Positions 38,469 through 48,937 of a stretch of 64,000 nucleotides of DNA are shown here, piece after piece. The DNA is from Ruminococcus sp. Its GTDB lineage: Bacteria > Bacillota > Clostridia > Oscillospirales > Ruminococcaceae. The stretch is from positions 575-64,574 of the forward strand of contig JAFUAO010000100.1 of assembly GCA_017460665.1 (NCBI GenBank), read 5' to 3'. Made by a program: the position numbers and the translations under genes. A model generated the notes under the pieces. It did not search any database. It was not told the origin of the DNA and saw only the letters and a program-made list of their open reading frames with translations. Position 1 is the stretch's first letter, and each line of letters begins with the position of its first letter.

Positions 38469-38506
38469 CATGGTAATATGATAACATATTACCATGGAAA
38501 AGTCAA
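38469..38506 (-). promoter_or_regulatory. Promoter overlapped by a perfect 12-4-12 palindrome (candidate operator)
   Basis: CATGGTAATATG-ataa-CATATTACCATG (38469-38496); minus-strand TTGACT (38506-38501) - 17 bp - TGtTATCAT. Confidence 0.55.
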
Positions 38507-38507
38507 G

Positions 38508-41500
38508 TTAAAAGAAGGACATCTGTGTGGATTCCGGCAGTTCGCCGAAAGCTCCTATGCTTTTCAACATATCTATTGTTGTTTTTGACGCTCCGCTGAC
38601 CTGCTGGAACTCCTCTATGGAGATGAAGCCGCCCTTCTGTGCGGCCTCGTAAAGGCCTTTTGCAGCGTTCTCGCCGACGCCGTTCATGGCCGAGAAGGGG
38701 ATCCTCAGCTTGCCGTCCTCCACCAGATGATCGGTGGCGTGGGACTTGAACAGGTCGATCGGCAGGAACTCATAGCCTCTGCTGAGCATCTCGTTGGTGA
38801 TCATCAGTATATCCAGAAGGTCGTTCTCCTTCTTTGTGCGGTCGTTGCCCAGTCCACGGAGCTCCTCGATCTTGCTGCGGACGGCGGCCTTGCCCTGAAC
38901 GGCCAGCTCAGCGTCGAAGTCCTCGCCTCTTACCGAGAAGTAGGTGGCGTAGTATTCCAGTGGCATATGGAGCTTGAACCAGCCCAGCTTGATCGCTGCG
39001 ATAACGTAGGCGGCGGCGTGGGCCTTGGGGAACATATACTTGATCTTCAGACAGCTCTCTATGTACCATTCGGGAACGTTATGATCCCTGAGCATCTGTA
39101 TGATCTCCGGGGTGAACTGCTTGGGCGCCTTGCCCTTACGGGTCCACTCCATGATCTGGAAGGCCATTTTCGGCTCGACTCCCTTATAAAGGAGGTATGT
39201 CATGATACTGTCACGGGTACCGATCACCTCTGAGATCGTGCAGACCTTGTTGTCGATGAGGTCCTTGGCGTTGCCCAGCCAAACATCAGTTCCGTGGGAC
39301 AGTCCCGAGATCTGGAGGAAGTCGCCGAACTTGGTGGGCTTTGCGTCCAGGAGCATCTGGATCGTGAAGCCCGTGCCCATTTCCGGGATACCCAGCGAGC
39401 CGGTCTTGCAGTAGATCTCCTCCGGGGTGACTCCCAGAACGTCGCAGTTGGTACACATACGGATAACGTCCGGATCCGAGGTGGGGACATCCTTGATCTT
39501 CATGCCGGTCAGGTCCTCTAGGTGCTTATAGAGAGTCGGAACAACGTGTCCCAGCTCGTCCAGCTTGAGGATAGTGTCGTGCATGGAGTTGAAGTCGAAG
39601 TGGGTGGTGATCACCTCTGAGTCGGCGGAGTCTGCCGGGTGCTGGACCGGAGTGAAGTCGTAGACCTCGTAATCCGAGGGAACGACTACCATTCCGCCGG
39701 GGTGCTGGCCGGTGGTCCTCTTGATACCGGTGCAGCCGATAGCAAGGCGAGCCATCTCCGCATTGTTCAGCGTGATACCGTTCTCCTCGCAGTATTTCTT
39801 GACGTAGCCGTAGGCGGTCTTGTCCGCAACGGCAGAGATAGTCCCGGCTTTGAAAACGTTGGCCTTTCCGAAGAGCTTCTCCGTATAGCGGTGAGCCCAG
39901 AACTGGTACTCGCCGGAGAAGTTCAGGTCTATATCGGGGGCCTTGTCGCCGTCGAAGCCAAGGAAGGTCTCGAAGGGTATATCATGGCCGTCACGGTGCA
40001 TATCTGTGCCGCAGACGGGGCATTTCTTCGGCGGAAGGTCATAGCCTGAGTCGTACTTTCCGTCCAGCAAGAACTCGCTGTGCTTGCACTTCCGGCAGAT
40101 ATAGTGGGGCTGGAGGGGATTTACCTCGGAGATACCGGCCATGGAAGCCACGAATGAGGATCCTACGGAGCCTCGTGAGCCCACAAGATAGCCGTGCTCC
40201 TCGGAGTTCCACACCAGCTTCTGAGCGATGATGTAGAGCACTGAGAAGCCGTGCTTGATGATCGAGCTCAGCTCCCTTTCAAGGCGCTTCTCCACGATCT
40301 CCGGCAGAGGATCGCCGTAGATCTCACGGGCACGCTCATTGGTGATCTTCACCAGCTCCTCCTCGGCGCCCTCGATAGTGGGCGTGAAGGTGCCCTTGGG
40401 GATCGGGCGGACGTGCTCGATCATGTCGGCGATAGCGTTGGTGTTGGTGATGACAACCTCCTTGGCCTTCTCCTCGCCAAGGTACTGGAACTCCGCCAGC
40501 ATCTCCTCGGTGGTCCTCAGATAGAGCATGGCCTGGTTCTCGGCGTCACGGAAGCCCATGGTGGCCAGGATGATCTTGCGGAAAACAGCGTCCTTTGGGT
40601 CGATGAAGTGTACGTCACAGGTGGCGCACACCGGGATCCCCAGCTTTTCGCCTAGCGCAACGATCCTGCGGTTGTAGTCCCTGAGCTCCTCCTCGTTCTG
40701 AGCAGTACCCTCACGGATCATGAACTCGTTGTTGCAGATCGGCTGTATCTCAAGGTAGTCGTAGAACTTAGCCAGCCGCTCGATCTCCTTCTCCGGCTTT
40801 TTGTTGACCATCGCCTGGAAGAGCTCTCCGGACTCGCAGGCGCTTCCGAAGATCAGGCCCTGGCGGTGCTCTTCAAGGAGAGACTTGGGGATCAGAGGCT
40901 TTTTGTAGAAGTAGTCAAGGTTGCTGTAGGATACCAGCTTGTACAGGTTCTTGAGGCCTGCCTGGTCCCGCACCAGGATGATCTGGTGGTAGCTTTTCAG
41001 CTTCTTCACGTCGATCTTGCCGGACTTGGTGTTGAGGTCGTCCAGAATGAAAGCGCCCTTGTCGCTGATGAGCCTGTTCACCAGCTCGATGTAGATCTTG
41101 GCCAGCATGAGGGCATCGTCTGAGGCGTGGTGGTGGTCGAACTTGCCCAGCTTCAGGTTCTTGGCCACAAGGTTGAGCTTATAGCGGCCCATTTCCGGCA
41201 GCATAGCCTGACAGAGCACCAGAGTGTCGATCCAGTTGTAGTCGAACTGGATCCCGGAGCGCCGGCAGGCCTCATTGATGAAGGTCGTATCGAAGTTGGC
41301 ATTATGGGCAGCGAGCACCGGAGACTCTCCGCAGAAATCCATGAATTTCCGGATAGCCTCGTCCTCCTGAGGAGCACCGGCCACATCAGCGTCAGAGATG
41401 CCGGTCAGCTCGGTGATCTTCTCGGGGATATGCATATTTGGGTTTACCTTAGTGTTGAAGCTGTCCACCACTTGCAGGTTTTTCAGCTTCACGGCGCCGA

Positions 41501-42836
41501 TCTCGGTAAGGCGGTCGGCGGAGAGGTTCAGACCGGTGGTCTCCACGTCGAAGATGATGATCTCGTCGTTGAGGCTGCGGCCGTCGGGCTTTTTCAGCAC
41601 CTTCTGGCGGTCGATGTCGTTGACGACGTAGGCCTCCATACCGTAGATCACCTTGAAGTCCTTGGGCGTATTGTACATACAGTCCGGGAAGGCCTGTACG
41701 CAGCCGTGGTCGGTGATCGCCATGGCCTGATGTCCCCACGAAGCCGCCCTGTTGATCAGGGTAACCGGATCGGTGATGGCGTCCATGGTGGACATATTCG
41801 TATGACAGTGGAGCTCCACACGCTTCTCCGGATAGTTGTCCATTTTGGGGATCCGCTTCACCCGGATCAGGGAGTCGCAGCTTATCACGATGTCACGGGC
41901 GAACTGGTCGTAGTCGATCTTTCCGGTAACGAGGATCGTCTGGCCCTTCTTGATGCTGCCAAGGCCCTTCAGCAGCTCCTCCTCGGAGTTCTTCAGGAAC
42001 AGCTTCACCACCAGCGAGCCGCTGTAGTCGGTGATGTCGAAGGTGACAACTGTCTTTTCGTTGCGGATCTCCTTGATCTCGCTGGCGAAAACGTCGCCCA
42101 CGACGGTGGTCTTGACGCCCATATGCTCCATGGCCTCGGCGATAGAAACGGGCTGGGTCCTGATAGCACGGCCCTTGATTATCTCGGCGGAATTCGGGTC
42201 GAAGTCCTTGTTGAGGGAGGTGATGTCCACCGATCTTGTGGGGATAACGGACTGCGCCTCCTCACGGCGGATCTCCTCTGGGGACTTCTCCGGTACGAGC
42301 TGGTCAGAGTAGTCCGGAAGGCTGGCCTCCAGCTCCTCGATCATCTCGTCATAGGCCGAGGAGGAAACTGCTGTCTCGCCCTCCAGCTCCACTCCGATCC
42401 TGATGCCGAACTGGTCGTAGATCATGGCGGAGAGCTTCCTTGGGAAGCCGGACTTCTCCAAAATATCAAGGCCCCCGTACTGGATCTTGATCGTCAGCTT
42501 GTCCTCGCTCCTCCTGCACTCGGCGTTGTCCAGAAAGCCGTTCATGACAGAGATCTCTCTTTTCAGCAGTGGGAACAAGCTCTCAAGTGCAGAAAGGCTG
42601 AACTTCCCCTCAGGATAGCGGCATTTGAGCCTTACGCGCTCCACCTGTAGAGCAGTCTCCATGGCCTTTTCAAAGGCAAAGATATCCTCCGCCGGGAGGA
42701 TATCCTCATAGCGGACGAAGAAGCTGATATGCTTCAGGTCCGACGAATATGTCAGCTTGAACACCTGACCTGCCCGAACGCCCTCAGGCAGGTCGGAGGT
42801 GAACTCCTTCAAAAACTCAGAAATATTTATATCCAT
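38508..42836 (-). CDS. polC: DNA polymerase III PolC
   Basis: VELHCHT (PHP), DVETTG (exonuclease), SRGSVGSS, PDIDLNFSG, YMFPKAHA. Confidence 0.98.
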   Translation of the reverse strand: MDINISEFLKEFTSDLPEGVRAGQVFKLTYSSDLKHISFFVRYEDILPAEDIFAFEKAMETALQVERVRLKCRYPEGKFSLSALESLFPLLKREISVMNGFLDNAECRRSEDKLTIKIQYGGLDILEKSGFPRKLSAMIYDQFGIRIGVELEGETAVSSSAYDEMIEELEASLPDYSDQLVPEKSPEEIRREEAQSVIPTRSVDITSLNKDFDPNSAEIIKGRAIRTQPVSIAEAMEHMGVKTTVVGDVFASEIKEIRNEKTVVTFDITDYSGSLVVKLFLKNSEEELLKGLGSIKKGQTILVTGKIDYDQFARDIVISCDSLIRVKRIPKMDNYPEKRVELHCHTNMSTMDAITDPVTLINRAASWGHQAMAITDHGCVQAFPDCMYNTPKDFKVIYGMEAYVVNDIDRQKVLKKPDGRSLNDEIIIFDVETTGLNLSADRLTEIGAVKLKNLQVVDSFNTKVNPNMHIPEKITELTGISDADVAGAPQEDEAIRKFMDFCGESPVLAAHNANFDTTFINEACRRSGIQFDYNWIDTLVLCQAMLPEMGRYKLNLVAKNLKLGKFDHHHASDDALMLAKIYIELVNRLISDKGAFILDDLNTKSGKIDVKKLKSYHQIILVRDQAGLKNLYKLVSYSNLDYFYKKPLIPKSLLEEHRQGLIFGSACESGELFQAMVNKKPEKEIERLAKFYDYLEIQPICNNEFMIREGTAQNEEELRDYNRRIVALGEKLGIPVCATCDVHFIDPKDAVFRKIILATMGFRDAENQAMLYLRTTEEMLAEFQYLGEEKAKEVVITNTNAIADMIEHVRPIPKGTFTPTIEGAEEELVKITNERAREIYGDPLPEIVEKRLERELSSIIKHGFSVLYIIAQKLVWNSEEHGYLVGSRGSVGSSFVASMAGISEVNPLQPHYICRKCKHSEFLLDGKYDSGYDLPPKKCPVCGTDMHRDGHDIPFETFLGFDGDKAPDIDLNFSGEYQFWAHRYTEKLFGKANVFKAGTISAVADKTAYGYVKKYCEENGITLNNAEMARLAIGCTGIKRTTGQHPGGMVVVPSDYEVYDFTPVQHPADSADSEVITTHFDFNSMHDTILKLDELGHVVPTLYKHLEDLTGMKIKDVPTSDPDVIRMCTNCDVLGVTPEEIYCKTGSLGIPEMGTGFTIQMLLDAKPTKFGDFLQISGLSHGTDVWLGNAKDLIDNKVCTISEVIGTRDSIMTYLLYKGVEPKMAFQIMEWTRKGKAPKQFTPEIIQMLRDHNVPEWYIESCLKIKYMFPKAHAAAYVIAAIKLGWFKLHMPLEYYATYFSVRGEDFDAELAVQGKAAVRSKIEELRGLGNDRTKKENDLLDILMITNEMLSRGYEFLPIDLFKSHATDHLVEDGKLRIPFSAMNGVGENAAKGLYEAAQKGGFISIEEFQQVSGASKTTIDMLKSIGAFGELPESTQMSFF

Positions 42837-43874
42837 TTACAGCCTTTCGACCTCCGCTAAAAGCTCAGTAACTATGTCTTCCTCTTTGATCTTGCGCTGA
42901 GTGCCGTCCTTGCGGAAGATCACAGCGCAGCCGTCGCCGCCGGCGATGCCCACGTCGGCCTCACGAGCCTCTCCGGGACCGTTGACGATACATCCCATGA
43001 CAGCAACGGTGATGTCCTTCTCGGAGTCCTTGAGGGCCTCCTCCACCTTCTTTGCGGTGCCGATCAGGTCGATCCTGGTCCTGCCGCAGGTGGGACATGA
43101 AACGAACTTCACTCCCCCACGCTTGCCGATACATTTGAGGATATCCTTTGCGGCAGCGATCTCCTTCACCGGCTCGTCAGTCAGCGAGACACGGATCGTT
43201 TCGCCTATGCCGTCGCACAGCAGCGAGCCGATGCCCACCGCCGACTTGATAAGGCCCATGCGCTCGGTGCCGGCCTCGGTGACTCCCAAATGGAGGGGAT
43301 AGCTGCACTTCTCCGCCGCCAGCCTATAGGAGGCGATCATGCGGTTCACGTCCGAGGACTTAATGGAGATCACGATGTCGTTGAAGTCGAAACGCTCCAG
43401 CAGGGCTGCATGGCCCATGGCGCTCTCAACAAGGGCCTCCGGGGTGGGAGAGCCGTACTTGGCCAGGATCTCCTTCTCCAGCGAGCCGGAGTTCACTCCT
43501 ATGCGGATCGGCAGACTTCTGGCACGGCAGGCCTCCACAACGGCCTTGACCCTGTCCATAGAGCCGATATTTCCGGGATTTATGCGGATCTTGTCCACTC
43601 CGGCAGCAGCGGCCTCCACCGCAAGGCGGTAGTCGAAGTGGATGTCCGCAACCAGCGGGATCTTCACGGCCTCCTTGATAGCCGGGATCAGCTTCACGGC
43701 CTCCATGTTGGGGATAGCCGCCCGGACGATCTCACAGCCGGCGGCCTCCAGCTCCTTTGCCTGCCTGACGCTGCCCTCGATGTCGTCGGAGCGGGCGTTG
43801 AGCATGGACTGTATGTAGATGTGCTTTCCGTCAAGGACACAGTCCCCGACCTTTACGGGTCTGACATTTCTCAT
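42837..43874 (-). CDS. ispG: HMBPP synthase (flavodoxin-dependent)
   Basis: PLVADIHF, RINPGN, HLGVTEAG, SCPTCGR, MGCIVNGPGE. Confidence 0.97.
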   Translation of the reverse strand: MRNVRPVKVGDCVLDGKHIYIQSMLNARSDDIEGSVRQAKELEAAGCEIVRAAIPNMEAVKLIPAIKEAVKIPLVADIHFDYRLAVEAAAAGVDKIRINPGNIGSMDRVKAVVEACRARSLPIRIGVNSGSLEKEILAKYGSPTPEALVESAMGHAALLERFDFNDIVISIKSSDVNRMIASYRLAAEKCSYPLHLGVTEAGTERMGLIKSAVGIGSLLCDGIGETIRVSLTDEPVKEIAAAKDILKCIGKRGGVKFVSCPTCGRTRIDLIGTAKKVEEALKDSEKDITVAVMGCIVNGPGEAREADVGIAGGDGCAVIFRKDGTQRKIKEEDIVTELLAEVERL

Positions 43875-43876
43875 GA

Positions 43877-44347
43877 TCAAAAACTCCTTTTGTGATATAG
43901 CTCAGTCACGATATACTCACCGTTCAGCTCGTAAACGGTGCATTTGTTAAGGCGGATCACGTCGTATCTCTCGAAGGTGCCGCCGCTGAGGAAGGTCTCG
44001 CCGCCGGGGAGCTTTATCTCCAGTCGCTGGAGACCTCTTCCGCTTTTCCAGGTCCTGACGATCTCTCCCTCCAGCATGGTGCCCTCAGAGATGAAGCGGC
44101 GCTTTTTGCTCTTGCAGATCGCCCTGTTTATCAGGATATACAGCGGTGTGGCCGTCAGGATCGCCGGCAGGACCCACCCTTCGACGCCCTCCTCGAAGAT
44201 CAGCGAATGCAGGGCCTGCAAAGGGGTGAGGCTCTGCTTTTTCGCCGAAATCACCAGCGCCACGGCAAAAATCGCCACGAAGAACAGCCAGGCTATCATC
44301 GAGCCGGCGATCTCCTCCCGGGAGGTGATGAAGGGCTTTTTCTCCAT
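43877..44347 (-). CDS. Hypothetical two-TM membrane protein
   Basis: 156 aa, two TM segments, in operon between rseP and ispG. Confidence 0.7.
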   Translation of the reverse strand: MEKKPFITSREEIAGSMIAWLFFVAIFAVALVISAKKQSLTPLQALHSLIFEEGVEGWVLPAILTATPLYILINRAICKSKKRRFISEGTMLEGEIVRTWKSGRGLQRLEIKLPGGETFLSGGTFERYDVIRLNKCTVYELNGEYIVTELYHKRSF

Positions 44348-44355
44348 TTCTCCTC

Positions 44356-45429
44356 CTATTTGTTGTGGGCGAAGTGCTCGGTGATAAGGCGAGCGATGTC
44401 GTTATACGTTGCGAAGATCATTATGCCGAAGAGCAGCGCCATGCCTGCAAGGTGTACATAGCCCTCATGCTCCGGCTTTACGGGCTTCCTGCGGATCAGC
44501 TCGATGAAGCAGAACAGCAGCCTTCCGCCGTCCAGACCGGGGATCGGCAGCAGGTTGAAGATGCCCACGTTGATCGTGATCAGGGCCGCCATGTAGATCA
44601 GGTTGAAAACTGCGTCCAAGGCGGACTCGCTCTCCTTGGCGGTCTCGCTGATCGCTGAGACCACTCCCACAGGGCCGGAAACGTCGTCCTTGCTGAGCTT
44701 TCCGGTGACCATCTGCTTAAGGCTCATGCCCACGATATGGCCCATGGACATGAAGAACTCCCCGGCGCTCCTTGTGACGGTCAGGGGCGTCTTGCTCTTG
44801 TAGTCAAGGCCGAAATCCTGCGTGCCGCCGGTATTTTCGTTGTAGAACTCCACGTCCGGGAGCTCCACACGCTTGCCGTCACGCCTCACCACCAGATCGT
44901 GGGTGGAGACCGTAGTCGTTGCGAACATATAGTTCAGGTCCAGCACGCTGAAGATCCGTGTGCCGTCCATGGAGATGATCCTGTCGCCGTCCATAAGGCC
45001 GGTCTCAAGGCTCCTTGCGGTGTAGTGGACCTGGCCGGCGTCGTCCTTATAGCCTGCAAAGCCGCTGACCACCGTAGTGGGGACGTCGGTCATCATGCAG
45101 ACCATGGCGATCAGCAGTACGAAGCCCAGCACGAAGTTCATAGCGGCACCTGCCACCAGAACGATCATCCTCTTCCAGAGCTTTGCGCTGCGGAAGCCAC
45201 GCTCGTCGTCAGTGATCTCGTCCTCGCCGGCCATAGCGCAGTAGCCGCCCACCGGCAGAGCTCTCAGGGAGTATGCTGTCTCGCCCTTTCGCCTCTGGAG
45301 CAGCTTCGGCCCCATGCCTATGGAGAACTCAAGTACCTTGATATTGCTGGCCTTGGCGCAGATGAAATGTCCGAACTCATGGACAGTGACGATCAGGCCG
45401 AATATGAGAAGTGCAATGATTATTCCCAT
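44356..45429 (-). CDS. rseP: RIP metalloprotease (site-2 protease) with PDZ domain
   Basis: HEFGH, NLLPIPGLDGG. Confidence 0.93.
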   Translation of the reverse strand: MGIIIALLIFGLIVTVHEFGHFICAKASNIKVLEFSIGMGPKLLQRRKGETAYSLRALPVGGYCAMAGEDEITDDERGFRSAKLWKRMIVLVAGAAMNFVLGFVLLIAMVCMMTDVPTTVVSGFAGYKDDAGQVHYTARSLETGLMDGDRIISMDGTRIFSVLDLNYMFATTTVSTHDLVVRRDGKRVELPDVEFYNENTGGTQDFGLDYKSKTPLTVTRSAGEFFMSMGHIVGMSLKQMVTGKLSKDDVSGPVGVVSAISETAKESESALDAVFNLIYMAALITINVGIFNLLPIPGLDGGRLLFCFIELIRRKPVKPEHEGYVHLAGMALLFGIMIFATYNDIARLITEHFAHNK

Positions 45430-45467
45430 GAAAAAGTATCCTTTCCTGCCTGTTCAGGGCGGCACCC

Positions 45468-46613
45468 TTAGCCGATGATGCTGCGGACGTAGTCTCTTGC
45501 AGCGGTGTCAGCCTTCATAACGTCCTCGTAGCTCCTGATGCTCGAGGGCTCGAACCTATCCAGAACGGAGGAGACGATCTCGCCGATCTGGATAAATGGG
45601 ATCTTGTCGTGGAGGAAGGCTCCAACGGCCTCCTCGTTGGCTGAGTTTATGAGGCAGGGATAGGCTCCTCCTCTGCCGATAGCCTCGATAGCAGCGCCGA
45701 GGCACTTGAACGTTTCGATGTCGGGCTCTGCGAAGGTCAGCGTGCCGTAGTCAGTCAGTGACAGCCGCTTCGTGGGGCACTCCAGCCTCTCCGGATAGAG
45801 GAGGGCGTACTGTATCGGGATCTTCATGTCCGGCACGCCAAGCTGAGCGATCACGGAGCAGTCGTTGTACTCCACTGCGGAGTGTATGACGCTCTGGCGG
45901 TGGACCACGATCTGGATCTGGTCGGGGCGAAGGTCGAAGAGCCATTTCGCCTCGATGAACTCAAGGCCCTTGTTCATAAGGGTAGCCGAGTCGATAGTGA
46001 TCTTGCTGCCCATTTCCCAGTTAGGGTGGTGGAGGGCCTGCTCCTTGGTGACGTTCCTTAGCTGGTCGTAGGAGTACCCGAAGAAGGGCCCTCCTGAGGC
46101 GGTAAGGATCATTCCCCTTACCTGCTCACGCTTATTGCCCTGCAAGCACTGGAAAACTGCGGAATGTTCGCTGTCTATCGGGTAGATCTTGACGCCCTTT
46201 TCCGCTGCAAGGCCCATTACCAGCTCGCCCCCGGCCACAAGGGTCTCCTTGTTGGCAAGAGCCACGTCCTTCCCGGCATTTATTGCGGTAAGCGTGGGCA
46301 GGAGCCCCACCATTCCCACGACGGAGTTGAGCACTATGTCGTTCTCCTCAAGGGCGGCGATCCTGCAAAGGCCCTCCATGCCGGTGAGGAGCTCCACCTG
46401 CACATCGCTGAGGAGGGACTTTAGCTGGGCGTACTTCTCCTCGTTGTAGATACAGGCGTATCTCGGGCGGAACTTCCGTACCTGCTCCGCCAGGAGCTCC
46501 ACGCTGCTGTGGGCAGCCAGAGCATTGATCACGAAGCCGTGCTTCTCGCAGACCTCCAGAGACTGGGTCCCGATAGAGCCGGTGGATCCTAATATCGAAA
46601 CGAACTTGTTCAT
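45468..46613 (-). CDS. dxr: 1-deoxy-D-xylulose 5-phosphate reductoisomerase
   Basis: LGSTGSIGTQ, LANKE, PIDSEH, HPNWEMG. Confidence 0.97.
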   Translation of the reverse strand: MNKFVSILGSTGSIGTQSLEVCEKHGFVINALAAHSSVELLAEQVRKFRPRYACIYNEEKYAQLKSLLSDVQVELLTGMEGLCRIAALEENDIVLNSVVGMVGLLPTLTAINAGKDVALANKETLVAGGELVMGLAAEKGVKIYPIDSEHSAVFQCLQGNKREQVRGMILTASGGPFFGYSYDQLRNVTKEQALHHPNWEMGSKITIDSATLMNKGLEFIEAKWLFDLRPDQIQIVVHRQSVIHSAVEYNDCSVIAQLGVPDMKIPIQYALLYPERLECPTKRLSLTDYGTLTFAEPDIETFKCLGAAIEAIGRGGAYPCLINSANEEAVGAFLHDKIPFIQIGEIVSSVLDRFEPSSIRSYEDVMKADTAARDYVRSIIG

Positions 46614-46717
46614 ATTATCGTTCCCCTTTTCAAGGATATTATAGCTGCTCAGAAAAAATGAGCAGACCTGATAAAATGCGAAAGGGACTAAGCAGCGTTA
46701 GTCTCCTTTCAGTCCTA

Positions 46718-47605
46718 TTATGCTTTAACTGTGAGCTCTATGAACACATAGAACGTGGGCAGTACGAAGAGCACGCTGTCGAAGCGGTCCATCATACCGC
46801 CGTGGCCTGGCATGATCTTGCCGTAGTCCTTGAAGCCGATCTGACGCTTCACCATGGAGGCGGACAAGTCGCCGATAGTTCCCACAACAGCGCAGACTGC
46901 GCCTGTTATAAATGAAACGGCAGCGGTCACCGGAGAGAAGCCTCCCCTTACGCAGAAGGCCACAGCGAAAACTATGCCGGTGGTGAGTATGCCGCCGATG
47001 AAGCCCTCGACAGTTTTCTTGGGGCTGATCTCAGGGCAGAGCTTGTGCTTGCCGAGAGCCACTCCCGAGAAATAGGCGCCCGTGTCGGCGATCCAGGCGC
47101 CGCACAGTCCCATGATCAGCAGGAAGAGGCCGTCCTCGTCAGAGCTCCCGTGGATCCTTACGATGCAGCTCATGGCCTGGGGGACCAGCACCATTACTGC
47201 CAGGGCGAAGAACACCTGCTCGTAGCGGATCTCCTTGTGGTGTCTGAGCCAGGTCAGGAAGATCACGAATGCGGCGGCCAGAGTCACAGCGAATGCCGCT
47301 AATGTGATCCTCTCGTTGGAGAAGATCCATGTGCCGTCCTCTGTGATCTGCTGTATCCCGAAGAGCTTCGGGCTGACCAAAGGCTTAGGGTAGTTCATAT
47401 AGATGAGGGGCATGGCGATGCCGCAGAGCTCGCTGGCAATGAGTATGGGGATATTTTTCTCCAGCTTCACGGCCCGCAGCAGCTCGAAAAGCATTATCCC
47501 GATCATCACTGACACTGCGATCGGCAGCACCAGTGTATCGTGGAAAAACAGGACAGCAGCCAGTATCAGCACACCGACTGCTCCTGAGATGATCCTTGTA
47601 AGCAT
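46718..47605 (-). CDS. cdsA: Phosphatidate cytidylyltransferase
   Basis: ISPKKTVEG, GDLSASMVKR...KDYG...PGHGGMMDRFDS. Confidence 0.93.
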   Translation of the reverse strand: MLTRIISGAVGVLILAAVLFFHDTLVLPIAVSVMIGIMLFELLRAVKLEKNIPILIASELCGIAMPLIYMNYPKPLVSPKLFGIQQITEDGTWIFSNERITLAAFAVTLAAAFVIFLTWLRHHKEIRYEQVFFALAVMVLVPQAMSCIVRIHGSSDEDGLFLLIMGLCGAWIADTGAYFSGVALGKHKLCPEISPKKTVEGFIGGILTTGIVFAVAFCVRGGFSPVTAAVSFITGAVCAVVGTIGDLSASMVKRQIGFKDYGKIMPGHGGMMDRFDSVLFVLPTFYVFIELTVKA

Positions 47606-48345
47606 TACACTCCTCCGAAGCGGCGCTGACGTCTGCCGAACTCGATCAGAGCCTTGTCGAGCTCATCGGGGGTGAAGTCCGGCCAGAGTATGTCCGTGAA
47701 GTAATACTCGGCGTAGGCGCACTGCCAGATCAGGTAGTTTGAAAGGCGGAGCTCGCCGCTGGGACGGATAACGAGGTCAACGTCGGGGATCCCGGCGGTG
47801 TAGAGGTTATCCGCTATCGACTGCTCGGTGATGTCCTCGGGGCGGATCTCACCGCTCAGCGCCTTCTGAGCAAGGAGCCTTGCGGCGTGGGCAAGCTCGT
47901 CTCTTCCGCCGTAGTTCACCGCCATCATCAGAGTCATCTCGTCGTACTTTGCGGTATCCTCCTCCAGCTTGATCATCTTCTCTTGAAGGTCCTGATCAAA
48001 GGCGGATTTGTCCCCTAAGAAGATCATCCTTGTGTTCTCGCTGAGGAAGTTCCGAACGTCAACGATATAGTCACGGAAGAGCTCCATGATCGTATCCACC
48101 TCGTCCTTCGGGCGCTGCCAGTTCTCAGTGGAGAAGGCGTAGAAGGAGATGTTCTTGAGGCCGATGTCCTTGCAGTAGCGGACGATCTTCTTGAAGTTCT
48201 TAGCTCCCTCTCTGTGGCCGAAGGAGCGTGGAAGTCCACGCTTTTTCGCCCATCTGCCGTTGCCGTCCATAATGAAGCCGACGTGCTGAGGAAGCACCTC
48301 AGGAAGAGCGAGGGCTTCCTTTTCTTTCTTACTAAATAAAGCCAT
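47605..48345 (-). CDS. uppS: Undecaprenyl pyrophosphate synthase
   Basis: IMDGNGRWA, YAFSTENW, NYGGR, RPSGELRLSNY. Confidence 0.96.
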   Translation of the reverse strand: MALFSKKEKEALALPEVLPQHVGFIMDGNGRWAKKRGLPRSFGHREGAKNFKKIVRYCKDIGLKNISFYAFSTENWQRPKDEVDTIMELFRDYIVDVRNFLSENTRMIFLGDKSAFDQDLQEKMIKLEEDTAKYDEMTLMMAVNYGGRDELAHAARLLAQKALSGEIRPEDITEQSIADNLYTAGIPDVDLVIRPSGELRLSNYLIWQCAYAEYYFTDILWPDFTPDELDKALIEFGRRQRRFGGV

Positions 48346-48355
48346 ATCTCACCGC

Positions 48356-48910
48356 TCAGACCGTCATGATCTCTTTTTCCTTTTCTGCAACAGCCTTGTC
48401 AACGTCTGCGCAGAACTTGTCTGTAAGATCCTGTACCTTCTTCTCGGCGTCCTTCAGATCGTCCTCTGTGATCTCGGAGCTCTTCTGCATCTTCTTGAGC
48501 TTATCCAGAGTATCTCTTCTGGTGGAGCGGATAGTCACCTTAGCCTCCTCGCCGTACTTCTTGACGCTCTTGCAGAGCTCCTTACGGCGGTCCTCAGTGA
48601 GCTGAGGGAAGGCAAGGCGGATAACGTTGCCGTCATTTGTGGGGTTGATGCCGATGTCGGAGGCCTGGATAGCCTTCTCGATCAGCTTGAGGGTGGACTT
48701 GTCCCAGGGCTGGATGACCAGGATCCTTGCCTCAGAAACAGAGATAGCAGCCATCTGGTTCACGGGAGTGGGAGCTCCGTAATAGTCCACCAATACTCTG
48801 TCGAGCACAGCGGGGTTAGCTCTTCCGGCACGGATCGAGGCGTACTCGTTCCCCAGAGCGTTGAGGGTCTTGTTCATTTTTTCCTTTGCGGTATCGATAG
48901 TAGCTTTCAT
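48356..48910 (-). CDS. frr: Ribosome recycling factor
   Basis: IRAGRANP, DYYGAPTP, PQLTEDRR. Confidence 0.97.
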   Translation of the reverse strand: MKATIDTAKEKMNKTLNALGNEYASIRAGRANPAVLDRVLVDYYGAPTPVNQMAAISVSEARILVIQPWDKSTLKLIEKAIQASDIGINPTNDGNVIRLAFPQLTEDRRKELCKSVKKYGEEAKVTIRSTRRDTLDKLKKMQKSSEITEDDLKDAEKKVQDLTDKFCADVDKAVAEKEKEIMTV

Positions 48911-48937
48911 AGCAGTATTCCTTTCAAGAATTATTTA

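Noticed and set aside
38508-42836. Intein or insertion in PolC
   Set aside because: Length (1442 aa) and domain order are normal; no splicing motifs seen.
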